From the NCBI GenBank assembly GCA_027366675.1, contig DAHXND010000180.1:1-51419 (forward strand): a stretch of 51,419 bases of DNA, written 5' to 3'. The notes below the pieces were generated by a model. It made no database searches. It saw nothing but the letters and a program-made list of their open reading frames with translations, and was not told the origin of the DNA. Below, piece by piece: positions 17,443 to 28,171 of the stretch (positions are counted from its first letter, which is position 1; each line of letters opens with the position of its first letter). The position numbers and the translations under genes were made by a program. Source of the stretch: Acidimicrobiales bacterium. Its GTDB lineage: Bacteria; Actinomycetota; Acidimicrobiia; Acidimicrobiales; JAMCQF01.

Positions 17443-18039
17443 ATGGGCCTCGAGAGCTTCCACCATAACTTCCTCACCGGAACTCTGGAGGAGTTGGTGA
17501 AATGGGGGAGGCGCGCCAGCGTCTGGCCGGCTACATTCGGTCTCGCCTGCTGCGCGATAGAGATGATGTCAGCGGGCGCCGCAGACTTCGATCTGGCCCG
17601 CTTCGGTATGGAGGTCTTCCGCGGCTCTCCTCGCCAGGCAGACCTCATGATAGTCGCGGGCAGGGTCTCGCAGAAGATGGCACCTGTCCTTCGCCAGGTG
17701 TATGACCAGATGGCCGAGCCTAAGTGGGTCATATCCATGGGGGTGTGTGCCTCGACCGGCGGGATGTTCAACAACTACGCCATCGTCCAGGGCGTGGACC
17801 AGGTGGTGCCTGTCGACGTCTACGCTCCAGGGTGCCCACCTAACCCCCAAACGCTCATCCATGCGATTCTCACCCTGCACGAGAAGATCCGAACGGGGGA
17901 ATTGACGCGCCGCACGGGTAGTGGCGGTGAACATGAGGGGGGGACCGGGAGGGAAGGTGCCGGCATCTCGGTCGCGGCCGTGCCGGCGGGCTGGACGCCT
18001 GAGCAACCGCAGGCAGTGCGACTCGGAACGCCACGATAG
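17443..18039 (+). CDS. nuoB: NADH-quinone oxidoreductase subunit B
   Basis: [14 protein letters not shown], the [10 protein letters not shown] region and [10 protein letters not shown] (N2 cluster ligands). Confidence 0.92.
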   Translation: MGLESFHHNFLTGTLEELVKWGRRASVWPATFGLACCAIEMMSAGAADFDLARFGMEVFRGSPRQADLMIVAGRVSQKMAPVLRQVYDQMAEPKWVISMGVCASTGGMFNNYAIVQGVDQVVPVDVYAPGCPPNPQTLIHAILTLHEKIRTGELTRRTGSGGEHEGGTGREGAGISVAAVPAGWTPEQPQAVRLGTPR

Positions 18040-18495
18040 ATGGCATCACGTTTCAGCGCAAAGGTGCATTTCCCCGATCGAGCGGGATATCTCGCGTTGG
18101 TGGATCGGCTGAGGGGAGAGGGATACCAGATGTGTGCGGACCTGACCGCCGTCGACTACCTGAGGTATCCGGGGCGGCGCGCGCTGCCAGCAGGTGCGTC
18201 TCCGGAGCGGTTCGAGGTGGTGACCAATCTTCTCTCGTTGGAGCATCATGGAAGAGCGAGGATCCGGGTCCAGGTTCCAGAGGAAGATCCCGAGATAGCG
18301 AGCTTGTTCCATCGCTTCCCTGGAGTGGAGGCGATGGAGCGCGAGGTGTACGACCTGTTCGGGATCGTGTTCACCGGTCATCCGGACTTGACGCGCATCC
18401 TCATGCCAGAAGGCTGGGAGGGTCATCCGTTGAGGAAGGACTACGCCGTCGGCCGGGTTCCGGTTCAGTTCAAGGAGGCACCTGGTCCGAGATGA
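18040..18495 (+). CDS. nuoC: NADH-quinone oxidoreductase subunit C (short form)
   Basis: ERFEVVTNLLS, EREVYDLFGIVFTGHPDL and WEGHPLRKDY. Confidence 0.88.
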   Translation: MASRFSAKVHFPDRAGYLALVDRLRGEGYQMCADLTAVDYLRYPGRRALPAGASPERFEVVTNLLSLEHHGRARIRVQVPEEDPEIASLFHRFPGVEAMEREVYDLFGIVFTGHPDLTRILMPEGWEGHPLRKDYAVGRVPVQFKEAPGPR

Positions 18496-18574
18496 TCCCC
18501 TCCTTTGAAACAGGCTCTCGCCCTCGGAAGAGAAGCGATTCGACGCTAGAGATGGCCTCGCCCAGGAGCGATCC

Positions 18575-19975
18575 ATGAGCGATCCTCAGGATAACGAGCT
18601 GGCGGAGATCACTGCTCAGATCGCATCCGATACATCGGAGGGATCGCAAGAGATGGCGCAGCGAGAGGAGACATCACTTCTCGCTCTCAGATGGGAGTCA
18701 GGTGCCATAGAGGAGATTACCGGTGCCACTCTGCGCATCCCAGAGGACGAGGGGAGCGGCGACCTGGCGAGAGACGAGGAGTCCGAGCGGTCCCTCCCGG
18801 AGGCTGGCGATCAGCAGACGATGATCATAAACATGGGGCCGCAGCATCCATCCACTCACGGGGTTCTGCGTCTGATGCTGGAACTGCAGGGAGAGACTGT
18901 GCTCCGCACGAAGCCGGTTATCGGCTACCTGCATACGGGGATGGAGAAAACGGGGGAGGAGCTCACTTACGTCCAGGGCGCCACGAATGTCACGCGCATG
19001 GACTACCTGTCTCCCCTGAACAACGAGCTCGTTTATGCCCTTGCTGTCGAGGATCTCCTGGGTGTCGAGCTCCCTCCGAGAGCAGTCTGGATACGGATGC
19101 TCATGTCAGAGCTGAATCGCATGTCCTCTCATCTGATGTGGTTGGCTACGAACGGAATGGATCTCGGGTCTACATCGATGATGATCTACGGCTTCCGTGA
19201 GCGGGAGGTGATCCTGGCGTTCTTCGAGAAGACTACTGGGCTCAGGATGAATCATAACTATATCCGGCCAGGGGGTGTAGCTGCGGACTTGCCCGATGGC
19301 TGGGAGGATGATGTAGATCTGATCTGTGAGGTGGTCGAGACGAGCATGGATGAGTACGATCAGCTTCTCACAGGTCAGCCAATATTTCGTGAGCGGACCG
19401 AAGGGGTCGGTGTTCTCAGTCCGGAAGCAGCCCTGGCGCTGTCAGCCACGGGGCCGATCCTGCGCTCGACAGGGATTCCCTGGGACTTGCGCCGGGCTAT
19501 GCCCTACCTCGCCTATGACGAGGTGGATTTCGACGTGATAGTTGGCACATTCGGCGATACATTCGACCGCTATGCCGTTCGCTTCAACGAGATCAAGGAG
19601 TCGATAAGGATAGTCAGGCAGATCTTGGAGAAGATGCCGGCTGGCGACTACCGGGTGCAGGACAAGAAGGTCACGCCGCCGCCTCGTGCCCGTATAGATG
19701 AATCGATGGAGGCGCTGATACACCATTTCAAGATCTCGACCGAGGGTTTCTCGGTTCCCGAGGGTGAGACCTACGTAGCCATCGAGTCGCCACGGGGGGA
19801 GATCGGGTGCTATATGGTTTCTGATGGCTCGAACAAGCCCTACCGCATGCATATCCGGGGGCCGTCATTCGTGAACCTCCAGTGCCTGCCCACGCTTCTC
19901 CGCGGTGGCCTCGTGGCAGATGCCGTGGCTGTCATCTCGTCGATCGATCCCGTGATGGGCGAGGCTGACAGGTGA
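18575..19975 (+). CDS. nuoD: NADH-quinone oxidoreductase subunit D
   Basis: NMGPQHPSTHGVLRL, YLHTGMEK and the terminal DPVMGEADR. The acidic N-terminal extension is roughly 85 aa. Confidence 0.92.
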   Translation: MSDPQDNELAEITAQIASDTSEGSQEMAQREETSLLALRWESGAIEEITGATLRIPEDEGSGDLARDEESERSLPEAGDQQTMIINMGPQHPSTHGVLRLMLELQGETVLRTKPVIGYLHTGMEKTGEELTYVQGATNVTRMDYLSPLNNELVYALAVEDLLGVELPPRAVWIRMLMSELNRMSSHLMWLATNGMDLGSTSMMIYGFREREVILAFFEKTTGLRMNHNYIRPGGVAADLPDGWEDDVDLICEVVETSMDEYDQLLTGQPIFRERTEGVGVLSPEAALALSATGPILRSTGIPWDLRRAMPYLAYDEVDFDVIVGTFGDTFDRYAVRFNEIKESIRIVRQILEKMPAGDYRVQDKKVTPPPRARIDESMEALIHHFKISTEGFSVPEGETYVAIESPRGEIGCYMVSDGSNKPYRMHIRGPSFVNLQCLPTLLRGGLVADAVAVISSIDPVMGEADR

Positions 19976-20670
19976 GCGCGGCTTCACCAGAGGCGGCTCC
20001 CGGTGGCGCTCGATCTGGCGCTCCGTCCAGGGCAGGTGCCACACCACAGCCCGGACTGAGCAGGCAGGCGCAGGAGCGTGCCCGAAGCCTGATGGAGCTG
20101 TACCCGGAGAAGCGCTCTGCGCTCATTCCCATCTGCCATATCGCTCAGGCGGAGCACGGTTGGCTGACTCCTGAAGTGATAGAAGGTATTGCCGAGCTGC
20201 TCGGGCTGACGCCGGCGGAGGTTCGGGGTACAGCGAGCTTCTACGAGATGCTCAGGACCGAGCCCACTGGCAGGTACCTGGTCTCGATCTGCACGAACAT
20301 AGCCTGCATGCTCGATGGCGCCTATGAGCTGCTCGAGCATGCCGAGGAGCGCCTCGGGATCGCAGTGGGCGAGACCAGCTCGGATGGGATGTTCACCTTG
20401 GAGGAGTCAGAGTGTCTCGCGGGCTGCGATATGGCTCCCTGTGTCCAGGTCAACTATCGCTACGTCGGGAAGCTTGACTCTGCAGGCTTCGACTCCCTGG
20501 TCGGCGAGCTGGCCGCAGGCGAGCGGGATGCCGACATCCCGCCTCACGGTGTTCTTATCCGCACGCCCCGCCGTGCGCCTCGCGCCGTGGCGGGAGCGCC
20601 TTCGGGCGGGGGCCGCTCCGCAGGTGGGGAGCAGGCTGCCAGCTCAGGCGCCGCGGGGCAGGTGAGCTGA
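19972..20670 (+). CDS. nuoE: NADH-quinone oxidoreductase subunit E
   Basis: YPEKRSALIP, SFYEM, and CTNIACML plus ECLAGCDMAPC (2Fe-2S ligands). Confidence 0.9.
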   Translation: MSAASPEAAPGGARSGAPSRAGATPQPGLSRQAQERARSLMELYPEKRSALIPICHIAQAEHGWLTPEVIEGIAELLGLTPAEVRGTASFYEMLRTEPTGRYLVSICTNIACMLDGAYELLEHAEERLGIAVGETSSDGMFTLEESECLAGCDMAPCVQVNYRYVGKLDSAGFDSLVGELAAGERDADIPPHGVLIRTPRRAPRAVAGAPSGGGRSAGGEQAASSGAAGQVS

Positions 20671-21974
20671 TGGCACTAACCGGCGCGGCGCCCATAGTCT
20701 CTGCTCGGCGCGATCTGGAGGGCAGCCGCACACTCGAGGCTTACCTGGCTTCTGGCGGCTACGAAGGGCTACGGAAGGCTCTCGGCATGTCCCCGGAGGA
20801 GGTGGCTGCAGAGGTGGACGCGGCGAGCCTCCTTGGCCGTGGTGGCGCCGGGTTCCCTGCAGGGCGGAAGTGGTCCATGCTGGCGAAGAGCCCCGTTCGA
20901 TACCTGGTGGTGAACGGGGACGAGAGCGAACCTGCCACCTTCAAGGATCACCTGCTCGTGGAGAGCGATCCGCACCAGATAGTGGAGGGAACCCTGATAG
21001 CGGCGTACGCGGTACAGGCCACCCAGGCTTTCATCTACCTACGAGGTGAGTTCGCGTTGGGCCTCGAGCTTCTCCAGCAGGCCGTGGACGAGGCCTACGA
21101 GCACGGTGCAGCAGGGCGCGATATATTCGGTTCAGGCTTCTCGATAGACGTCGTGGTTCACCCCGGAGCAGGTGCTTACATCTGCGGAGAGGAGACGGCG
21201 TTGCTCGAGAGCCTGGAGGGGAAACGGGGCTTTCCAAGGATAAAGCCCCCGTACTTTCCTGCCGCTATAGGTCTATACGGGAAACCTACCATCGTGAATA
21301 ATGTGGAGACTGTATCGAACCTTCCATGGATCGTCATCCACGGGGGTAAAGCCTTCGCCTCCCTTGGAGAGGGCAGCTCCACAGGTACCCGTCTTTTTGC
21401 CCTCTCTGGTCATGTTCGCAGGCCAGGGGTCTACGAGCTCGAGATGGCGAAGACTACATTCCGTGACCTCATCTATGCTCCCGTGCTCGGGGACGGTATA
21501 CGACACGGCCACGAGTTGAAGGCGTTTGTCCCGGGTGGCGTGTCTGCACCATGGTTCGGCCCCGAACAGCTGGACATGCCGCTCAGCCAGGACGAGGTGG
21601 GGAAGGCGGGCTCGATGCTCGGCTCCGGATCAGTCGTGGTGATGGATGATCATGACTGTGTTGTACGAGCGGCGTGGAGGATCACGCACTTCTTCTGGCG
21701 GGAGTCATGCGGGCAGTGTACGCCGTGCCGTGAAGGGAGTGGCTGGCTCGAGAAGCTGATGCGAAGGATAGAGGAGGGGCAGGGCCGCGATGAGGATCTT
21801 GACCTCCTGATGGATATATGCGATAATATCGCTCCAGGGCTAACATGGCCGCCTCAGCAGACGACCATATGCGTGCTGGGTCCATCTATCCCGTCCTCGA
21901 TAGCGTCAGCTATAAGGATGTTCAGGGACGAGTTCCTGGTCCACGTGAAGGAGGGGGGGTGCCCGTATGCCTGA
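20670..21974 (+). CDS. nuoF: NADH-quinone oxidoreductase subunit F
   Basis: GRGGAGFPAGRKW (FMN/NADH site), YICGEETALLESLEG and ESCGQCTPCREG (N3 cluster). Confidence 0.93.
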   Translation: MALTGAAPIVSARRDLEGSRTLEAYLASGGYEGLRKALGMSPEEVAAEVDAASLLGRGGAGFPAGRKWSMLAKSPVRYLVVNGDESEPATFKDHLLVESDPHQIVEGTLIAAYAVQATQAFIYLRGEFALGLELLQQAVDEAYEHGAAGRDIFGSGFSIDVVVHPGAGAYICGEETALLESLEGKRGFPRIKPPYFPAAIGLYGKPTIVNNVETVSNLPWIVIHGGKAFASLGEGSSTGTRLFALSGHVRRPGVYELEMAKTTFRDLIYAPVLGDGIRHGHELKAFVPGGVSAPWFGPEQLDMPLSQDEVGKAGSMLGSGSVVVMDDHDCVVRAAWRITHFFWRESCGQCTPCREGSGWLEKLMRRIEEGQGRDEDLDLLMDICDNIAPGLTWPPQQTTICVLGPSIPSSIASAIRMFRDEFLVHVKEGGCPYA

Positions 21975-24915
21975 ACCTGGGACTGGTAGCGGCCAGGCTG
22001 AAGGTCCCGCTCAGAGGGCTCATCCCGGCTCGGACCAGGGAGCCAACTCCGGTCCAGCGCAGAGCGCTCAGCCCGGCTCCGGGCAGCCTTCAGAGCAGCC
22101 GCGCTCCCCCGGTAGCGATACCGTGAGCGTCACGATCGACGGTCGCCACGTCGTGGCCAGGAAAGGCGAGATGCTCATAGCGGCTGCGGAGCGAGCGGGT
22201 GTGTTCATACCGCGGTTCTGCTACCACCCGAGGATGGAGCCAGTCGGCATGTGCAGGATGTGCCTGGTGGAGGTGAAGGGACCCAGGGGATTCAGCCTGC
22301 AGCCATCCTGCTATCTGGCTGTCTCCGACGGCCAGGAGGTGGTGACGACTTCGCCGAAGGTAAAGAAGGCCCAGGACGGGGTGCTCGAGTTCCTGCTCGT
22401 GAACCACCCGCTGGACTGCCCCGTCTGTGACAAGGGAGGTGAGTGCCCGCTGCAGGACCAGACCCTCTCCTACGGTCCGGGCGAGAGTCGTTTCGTGGAG
22501 GAGAAGCGCCACTGGGCGAAGCCAGTGCCTATCTCTGATCTCGTGCTCTTGGATCGCGAGCGCTGCATACAGTGCGCCCGCTGCACACGCTTTGCCGACG
22601 AGATAGCCGGCGACCCGCTCATAGACTTTTTCTCGAGAGGCGATAGGATAGAGGTTTCTATCTTCGAGGGCAAGCCGTTCAAGTCCTACTTCTCGGCCAA
22701 TATCGTCCAAATTTGCCCGGTAGGTGCTCTGACGGCAGCCCCTTACAGGTTCAGGGCCCGGCCATGGGACCTCGACCAGGTCGAGAGCACCTGCACGATG
22801 TGCGCGCTTGGATGCCGCATGGTCGTACAGTCATCCGGGGACCGTGTGACGCGCCAGCTGGGCATGGACACCGATCCGGTGAACCAGAGCTGGCTGTGTG
22901 ACAAGGGAAGGTTCGCCTACGAAGCCCTGGAGCACGATACGCGCCTTACTGCGCCACTGGTTCGTAAGGACGGAGAGCTGGTCGAGACCTCCTGGAGCGA
23001 GGCTCTGGCTGCGGCAGCGAGGGGCCTGGAGGAGGCCCGCGCGAGGGGATCTGCCTCCGGAGTGGGGTTCATCGGTGGTGCACGCTGTACGAACGAGGGC
23101 GCCTATGCCTGGTCAAAGCTCGCGAAGTCAGTCATAGGAACGGACTCGGTGGATGCCCAGGTAGCCGACGGTCTGCCGGCAGAGGTGCTGCTCGGCCTCC
23201 CGAGAGCGACTATCGACGAGGCATGCGATGCCGACCTTCTGGTACTGGCGTCGGGGGATCTGCGCGAAGAGCTCCCGGTGCTGTTCCTCCGGATCCGCCG
23301 TGCCATCCTCGACGGGCGGACCCGCTTGATCGAATGCTCGCCCTACGGGACATCCCTCTCCCCCCTTGCCGAAGTTTCCCTGCGCCCGCGACCGGGAGCG
23401 ATCGTGGAGCTCATGGACGCGATCCTGGCTGATGACCGGGCATCTGACCATGGGCACGCAGCCGATGCATCCTCCGGAGTCGCCGCTGGCGGAGCCGCTG
23501 GCGGAGGTGCCGGCGCGAGTGGACATCTGGGGGCTGGAGGCGGAGCTCCCGCGAGCCAGATAGAGGCCGCTCGCAGGCTGATCTCCGAGGTATCTTCCAG
23601 CGAGCCACATGGTCGGGTCGTGGTCGTCATAGGCCGCTCGTCTCTGGCAGAGGACGGCCGGATCCTGGCGGAGGCGGCGCGCCGCCTTGCACAGGCACTC
23701 CCGGATGCGAGGTTCCTGCCTGCCCTGCGCCGCGGGAACGTCATGGGGGCACTCGACATGGGAATGGCCCCGGGGGTCCTGCCTGGCCGGGTCAGCCTGG
23801 ATGCAGGTCGCGCCTGGTACGAGGCTAAGTGGGGCAAGGTGCCCGCCAAGAGGGGACTCGATGCCCTGGGAATGCTGCGCAGCGCGGCAGCAGGAGAGCT
23901 CGATGCCCTGGTTCTCGTGGGCGCAGATCCCCTGGGCGACTTTCCGGACGCGGGCCTCGCCAAGCAGGCGATCGACAGGGCCAGCTTCCTGGTAGCAGTC
24001 GACGCCTTCCGGACCCAGGGCGTGGAGTGCGCCGATGTCGTGCTTCCGGTCGCTGCTTTCCAGGAAAGATCCGGCACCACGACGAACATCGAGGGCCGGG
24101 TGACCCGTCTCGCCCCGAAAGTGACGGTTCCAGTCCTCGCCTGGCCCGATTGGATGGTTGCCGTCGAGCTCGCCGGGGAGCTCGGTGCCGACCTGGGCAT
24201 GGGATCACTGGACGAGGTCACGGCCGAGATAGCGAGGGTAGCTGCCACCTATGAGCGCTGCACCCCGGAGGCTCTTGCCGAACCCGGCTCACGTGACGGG
24301 ATCGTGGTTCCAAATGGCCCGCGTGACGTGCTTCTCCCGCTCGACCCCATAGCGGTGCCGGGGATCGAGTCGGTCGAGCGTCAGGGCGCGCCGCTACGCT
24401 CCGGAACGGCTAGCGACATCGGTGGAAGCGACACGGATGCTGGCTCAGGCCCGCCAGGCTCCGGGGTCTCGCGCTCCGAAGCCGTGCCCGGCTCAGACGA
24501 CACCAGCGCATCTGGGGCCGGGTTGCAGGCTCCGCCCGTGCTTGGCGTGCCAGCGGAGCCTCTCGATGTGCATGTGCCACCAACTGATGCCTACAGTCTC
24601 AGGCTGGTGGCTCCCCGGCGGCTATATGACAGCGGAGTCGTCATGTCACGCTCTCCTGCCCTCTCGCCCCTCGCCGAGCATCTGGTCGCGCGCGCCAATC
24701 CCGCGGATCTGGCGCACCTGGGTCTGGCATCGGGCGACCTGGTCAGGCTGCGCTCTGCCACTGGGAGTCTCGAGCTGGAAGCCCTGCCAGACCCCGGTGT
24801 CAGGGAAGGATCGGTCGTGGTCCCTTTCCACTCTGCGGCAGGTGAACCCGGGGTGCGGTCATTGATAGATGCCAGCGTGGCTGTTACGGAAGTGCGAATG
24901 GAGACCACATCGTGA
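21967..24915 (+). CDS. nuoG: NADH-quinone oxidoreductase subunit G (982 aa, long form)
   Basis: FCYHPRMEPVGMCRMCLVEV, HPLDCPVCDKGGECPLQD and RCIQCARCTRF Fe-S motifs. Gly/Ala-rich insertions are present. Confidence 0.92.
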   Translation: MPEPGTGSGQAEGPAQRAHPGSDQGANSGPAQSAQPGSGQPSEQPRSPGSDTVSVTIDGRHVVARKGEMLIAAAERAGVFIPRFCYHPRMEPVGMCRMCLVEVKGPRGFSLQPSCYLAVSDGQEVVTTSPKVKKAQDGVLEFLLVNHPLDCPVCDKGGECPLQDQTLSYGPGESRFVEEKRHWAKPVPISDLVLLDRERCIQCARCTRFADEIAGDPLIDFFSRGDRIEVSIFEGKPFKSYFSANIVQICPVGALTAAPYRFRARPWDLDQVESTCTMCALGCRMVVQSSGDRVTRQLGMDTDPVNQSWLCDKGRFAYEALEHDTRLTAPLVRKDGELVETSWSEALAAAARGLEEARARGSASGVGFIGGARCTNEGAYAWSKLAKSVIGTDSVDAQVADGLPAEVLLGLPRATIDEACDADLLVLASGDLREELPVLFLRIRRAILDGRTRLIECSPYGTSLSPLAEVSLRPRPGAIVELMDAILADDRASDHGHAADASSGVAAGGAAGGGAGASGHLGAGGGAPASQIEAARRLISEVSSSEPHGRVVVVIGRSSLAEDGRILAEAARRLAQALPDARFLPALRRGNVMGALDMGMAPGVLPGRVSLDAGRAWYEAKWGKVPAKRGLDALGMLRSAAAGELDALVLVGADPLGDFPDAGLAKQAIDRASFLVAVDAFRTQGVECADVVLPVAAFQERSGTTTNIEGRVTRLAPKVTVPVLAWPDWMVAVELAGELGADLGMGSLDEVTAEIARVAATYERCTPEALAEPGSRDGIVVPNGPRDVLLPLDPIAVPGIESVERQGAPLRSGTASDIGGSDTDAGSGPPGSGVSRSEAVPGSDDTSASGAGLQAPPVLGVPAEPLDVHVPPTDAYSLRLVAPRRLYDSGVVMSRSPALSPLAEHLVARANPADLAHLGLASGDLVRLRSATGSLELEALPDPGVREGSVVVPFHSAAGEPGVRSLIDASVAVTEVRMETTS

Positions 24916-26237
24916 TCTCTGCCATAGCTGCTACCCTCGATCCTCTCTTCGACCACGGTGTAGGGCTAGCGGTTTTTCTGATCGTGCTCATCCGTGTAGC
25001 GGTGGCTTTCGCTGCCCTGATGGTTGCCGTGATGCTGATGATCTGGTTCGAGCGAAAGCTCATCTCCGATATGCAGAATCGGATAGGTCCGAACCGGGCA
25101 GGGCCGTTCGGCCTGCTCCAGAGCCTGGCGGACGGTATCAAGCTCTTCTTCAAGGAGGATCTCATGCCCACCGGCGCCGACCGGCGGGTGTTCCTCCTCG
25201 CTCCCTACCTCTCGATCCTCCCGGCGTTCCTTGCCTTCGCCATAGTTCCCATAGGGGGGCTCATCACTATTGCAGGGCATCGCTTCGAGCTCCAGGTGGC
25301 CGATCCTCCCATGGGGATACTGTTCCTGCTCGCCATGTCGGCGATATCTGTCTACGGCGTGATGCTGGCCGGATGGTCATCGGGATCGAAATACCCTCTC
25401 CTGGGCTCCGTGCGTGCATCCGCACAGATGGTGTCCTACGAAGCCCCGCTCGGCATCACGATCGTAACGGTCATCCTCCTCACCGGCTCGCTCTCCACCA
25501 GGGCGATAGTGGATGCGCAGGCGGCACACTTCTGGGACTGGAACCTTATCCGGCTCGGGATAGTGCCGTTCCTCATCTTCATGATCGCAGTGACTGCAGA
25601 GATGAACCGCCCCCCATTCGATCTGGTGGAGGCGGACTCCGAGCTGGTCGGAGGGTTCAACACCGAATACTCCTCCCTGCGCTTCGCCCTCTTCTACCTG
25701 GCGGAGTTCATGAACACGGTGACGATGTCGGCGATCATCGTCACGCTGTTCCTGGGCGGGCCTGATGGTCCTGGATTCCCCTTCCTTCGCTGGCTGTGGC
25801 CGATCCTGTGGTTCCTCGGCAAGACGTTCGTGTTCCTCTTCATATACGTGTGGCTCCGGGCTGCGCTCCCACGCCTGCGATACGACCAGCTCATGAATCT
25901 CGGATGGAAATGGCTGATCCCGATAGCGCTGGGTTGGATGCTCTTCGTGGCTGGGCTCAGGATAAACGAGGCATGGGGGCTCGGGATTCTCGGTGTCCTG
26001 GTGGTCCTGGTCGGGCCTGCGCTCTACAGGGCAGTGGCACTCGGCAAGCGTGCGGGACACCTGGGAGAGCCGCGGGCAGCAGTGGTCGCTTCCCCTGGTC
26101 TGGCGAAGAGGTCAGGCCTGCCCGCAGGTGGCGTGCCGGCTGGTGCCGTGCCCGCAGGTGGCGTGCCGGCTGGTGCCGGAGGTTCTGGACCTGTCCATGC
26201 GCCGAAGCCGGGTAGCGGCGGGGAGGAGGCTCCCTGA
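24912..26237 (+). CDS. nuoH: NADH-quinone oxidoreductase subunit H
   Basis: [24 protein letters not shown] and [18 protein letters not shown]. The C-terminal tail contains a 30-nt x2 tandem repeat (26121-26180). Confidence 0.92.
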   Translation: MISAIAATLDPLFDHGVGLAVFLIVLIRVAVAFAALMVAVMLMIWFERKLISDMQNRIGPNRAGPFGLLQSLADGIKLFFKEDLMPTGADRRVFLLAPYLSILPAFLAFAIVPIGGLITIAGHRFELQVADPPMGILFLLAMSAISVYGVMLAGWSSGSKYPLLGSVRASAQMVSYEAPLGITIVTVILLTGSLSTRAIVDAQAAHFWDWNLIRLGIVPFLIFMIAVTAEMNRPPFDLVEADSELVGGFNTEYSSLRFALFYLAEFMNTVTMSAIIVTLFLGGPDGPGFPFLRWLWPILWFLGKTFVFLFIYVWLRAALPRLRYDQLMNLGWKWLIPIALGWMLFVAGLRINEAWGLGILGVLVVLVGPALYRAVALGKRAGHLGEPRAAVVASPGLAKRSGLPAGGVPAGAVPAGGVPAGAGGSGPVHAPKPGSGGEEAP

Positions 26238-27139
26238 TGGCCAGCCGCCCCCCGCTACGGGTAGGGCAGTTCATGGAGGGATTCGTTCGCTTCTTCGGCG
26301 GGTTCAAGGTGACAGCGGAGCAGATGGCGCGACCGCGTGTCACTTTCCAGTACCCTGACGAGAAGCGCCCCAAGCCCCCACGGCTCCATGGCCGGCACGT
26401 GCTGAACCGCTACGAGGACGGGATGGAGAAGTGCATAGGCTGTGAGCTCTGCGCGGCAGCCTGCCCTGCCGACTGCATATACGTGCGCGGAGCCGATAAC
26501 CCGGATGATGCGCCTGTCTCTCCCGGTGAGCGCTACGGTTTCGTCTACGAGATCAACTACCTGCGCTGCATCCACTGCGACCTCTGCGTGGAGGCGTGTC
26601 CTACCGAGGCAATCACCGAGTCGAAGCTCTTCGAGTTCTCCTTCACGAACCGGGCCGATGCCATCTACACGAAGAGCGAGCTCGTGGTCGATGATAATGG
26701 CATGCCGCGCCACCAGCCTTGGGAGGACTGGCGGGAGGGAGATGACAGGCACACCTCTGGATGGATGCGTGCGACTTCCCCGGGTGGGAGCGCTGCCTAT
26801 GAGGGTATCGCCCAGTGGTCGGGCGAGCTTGGCTACGGAGTGCGAGCTGCCGAGGGTGGCCAGAGCGGCAGGCGTGATGATGCAGCCACGGGGAACCTGG
26901 CGCTTCCAGAGATGATCCCCGAGCATTTCGGCTTGCGCCGTCGCGATCGGGCTCACCACAGCCTTATGCAGCTCCTGCCTCCAGGTGTCCGGGACTCGGT
27001 GCGCGATCGCCTGGCAGGGAAGCCTCGCGCAGGGACAAAGGATGTGGGGAGCGCCGGTCGGAGGCCTGGGGCCGAGTCTGGTGATCCCGGCGAGCCTGGC
27101 CCGAAAGGCGAGCCTGGCCCGAAAGGCGAGGTGGCCTGA
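26237..27139 (+). CDS. nuoI: NADH-quinone oxidoreductase subunit I
   Basis: Two ferredoxin motifs, [12 protein letters not shown] and [12 protein letters not shown]. The tail is long and ends in an 18-nt x2 repeat (EPGPKG x2, 27092-27127). Confidence 0.92.
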   Translation: MASRPPLRVGQFMEGFVRFFGGFKVTAEQMARPRVTFQYPDEKRPKPPRLHGRHVLNRYEDGMEKCIGCELCAAACPADCIYVRGADNPDDAPVSPGERYGFVYEINYLRCIHCDLCVEACPTEAITESKLFEFSFTNRADAIYTKSELVVDDNGMPRHQPWEDWREGDDRHTSGWMRATSPGGSAAYEGIAQWSGELGYGVRAAEGGQSGRRDDAATGNLALPEMIPEHFGLRRRDRAHHSLMQLLPPGVRDSVRDRLAGKPRAGTKDVGSAGRRPGAESGDPGEPGPKGEPGPKGEVA

Positions 27140-27837
27140 TGCATCCCGGGCTGGTGCCCGTGCCACTTCTCGCCACGAGCCTTCCGGACGCGATCACCTT
27201 CGCCGTCTCGGCGGTTATAGTCATAGCCGGAGCTATCGGGGTCGTGGTCGCGCGGAACCCCGTCCATTCCGCGCTGATGCTCGTCATGACCCTCTTCGGC
27301 GTAGCTGTGCTCTTCGTGGAGCAGAGGGCCGACTTCCTAGCTGCAGTTCAGGTTATCGTCTACGCGGGTGCGATAGTTGTCCTATTCCTGTTCGTCATCA
27401 TGCTGCTCGGTGTGGACCGCAGGGAGGCAGTTAGCGCTGACCCGCTTCCCTGGCAGAGGCCGCTAGCTCTCGTGCTCTCCTTCTGCGCCCTCGGCTCTGT
27501 GCTCGCTCTTGGCTTCAGCGGTGCCTGGTCCACCGGTGCGGCATCGGTTACCGGAGCCCTTCCTCACAGGGCGGGCGACACTGCTGCTCTCGGCAAGGTG
27601 GTGTTCACCACCTACCTCCTTCCATTCGAGGTCACTGCAGCGCTGCTCGTCATAGCAGTTGTGGCAGCCGTTCTCCTGGTGCGGGTGCCGCAGCTTCGTG
27701 AGCAGGGAGGCCAGGCGGGAGCCGAGCGTGGGGGCGCCGCGGGACTCGAGGGCGATCCAGAGGCCGTGAGTGACCCGGGAGTCGATGGCGATCCACAAGG
27801 CCTGGGAGAGCGTGACAGGGAGGTGGTGCCATCGTGA
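27139..27837 (+). CDS. nuoJ: NADH-quinone oxidoreductase subunit J
   Basis: [24 protein letters not shown] and [23 protein letters not shown]. Confidence 0.88.
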   Translation: MHPGLVPVPLLATSLPDAITFAVSAVIVIAGAIGVVVARNPVHSALMLVMTLFGVAVLFVEQRADFLAAVQVIVYAGAIVVLFLFVIMLLGVDRREAVSADPLPWQRPLALVLSFCALGSVLALGFSGAWSTGAASVTGALPHRAGDTAALGKVVFTTYLLPFEVTAALLVIAVVAAVLLVRVPQLREQGGQAGAERGGAAGLEGDPEAVSDPGVDGDPQGLGERDREVVPS

Positions 27838-28142
27838 CCGACGTCAGCGGCGCATGGTACCTGTCCCTCGCTGCAGCGCTCTTCGGCATAGGAGCGTTCG
27901 GCCTGCTGGTGCGGAGAAACGTGCTGGTCATGTTCATGTGCGTAGAGCTCATGCTGAACGCAGCGAACCTTACGTTCGTCACCTTTGCCCGGATGTTGAA
28001 CGACATAGCCGGCCAGGCAGTCGTCTTCTTCGTGCTGGTGGTGGCTGCAGCTGAAGTGGTGGTTGGACTGGCGATTATCGTCGCGATATTCAGACGGCGT
28101 CGCGAAGCCACAGCGGATGACCTTCACATACTGAGGGGCTGA
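27834..28142 (+). CDS. nuoK: NADH-quinone oxidoreductase subunit K
   Basis: 100-aa protein with three TM segments, containing [13 protein letters not shown] and [13 protein letters not shown]. Confidence 0.9.
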   Translation: MTDVSGAWYLSLAAALFGIGAFGLLVRRNVLVMFMCVELMLNAANLTFVTFARMLNDIAGQAVVFFVLVVAAAEVVVGLAIIVAIFRRRREATADDLHILRG

Positions 28143-28171
28143 GGAAGAGAGAGGACGGGACTCGAACAGCG

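Noticed and set aside
18040-18495. NuoC looks short (151 aa). It could be truncated or a pseudogene.
   Set aside because: The start abuts the nuoB stop. All core motifs are present, from the ...ADLTAVDY region to GHPLRKDY. Only the poorly conserved N-terminal segment is missing, so this is a compact but intact subunit.
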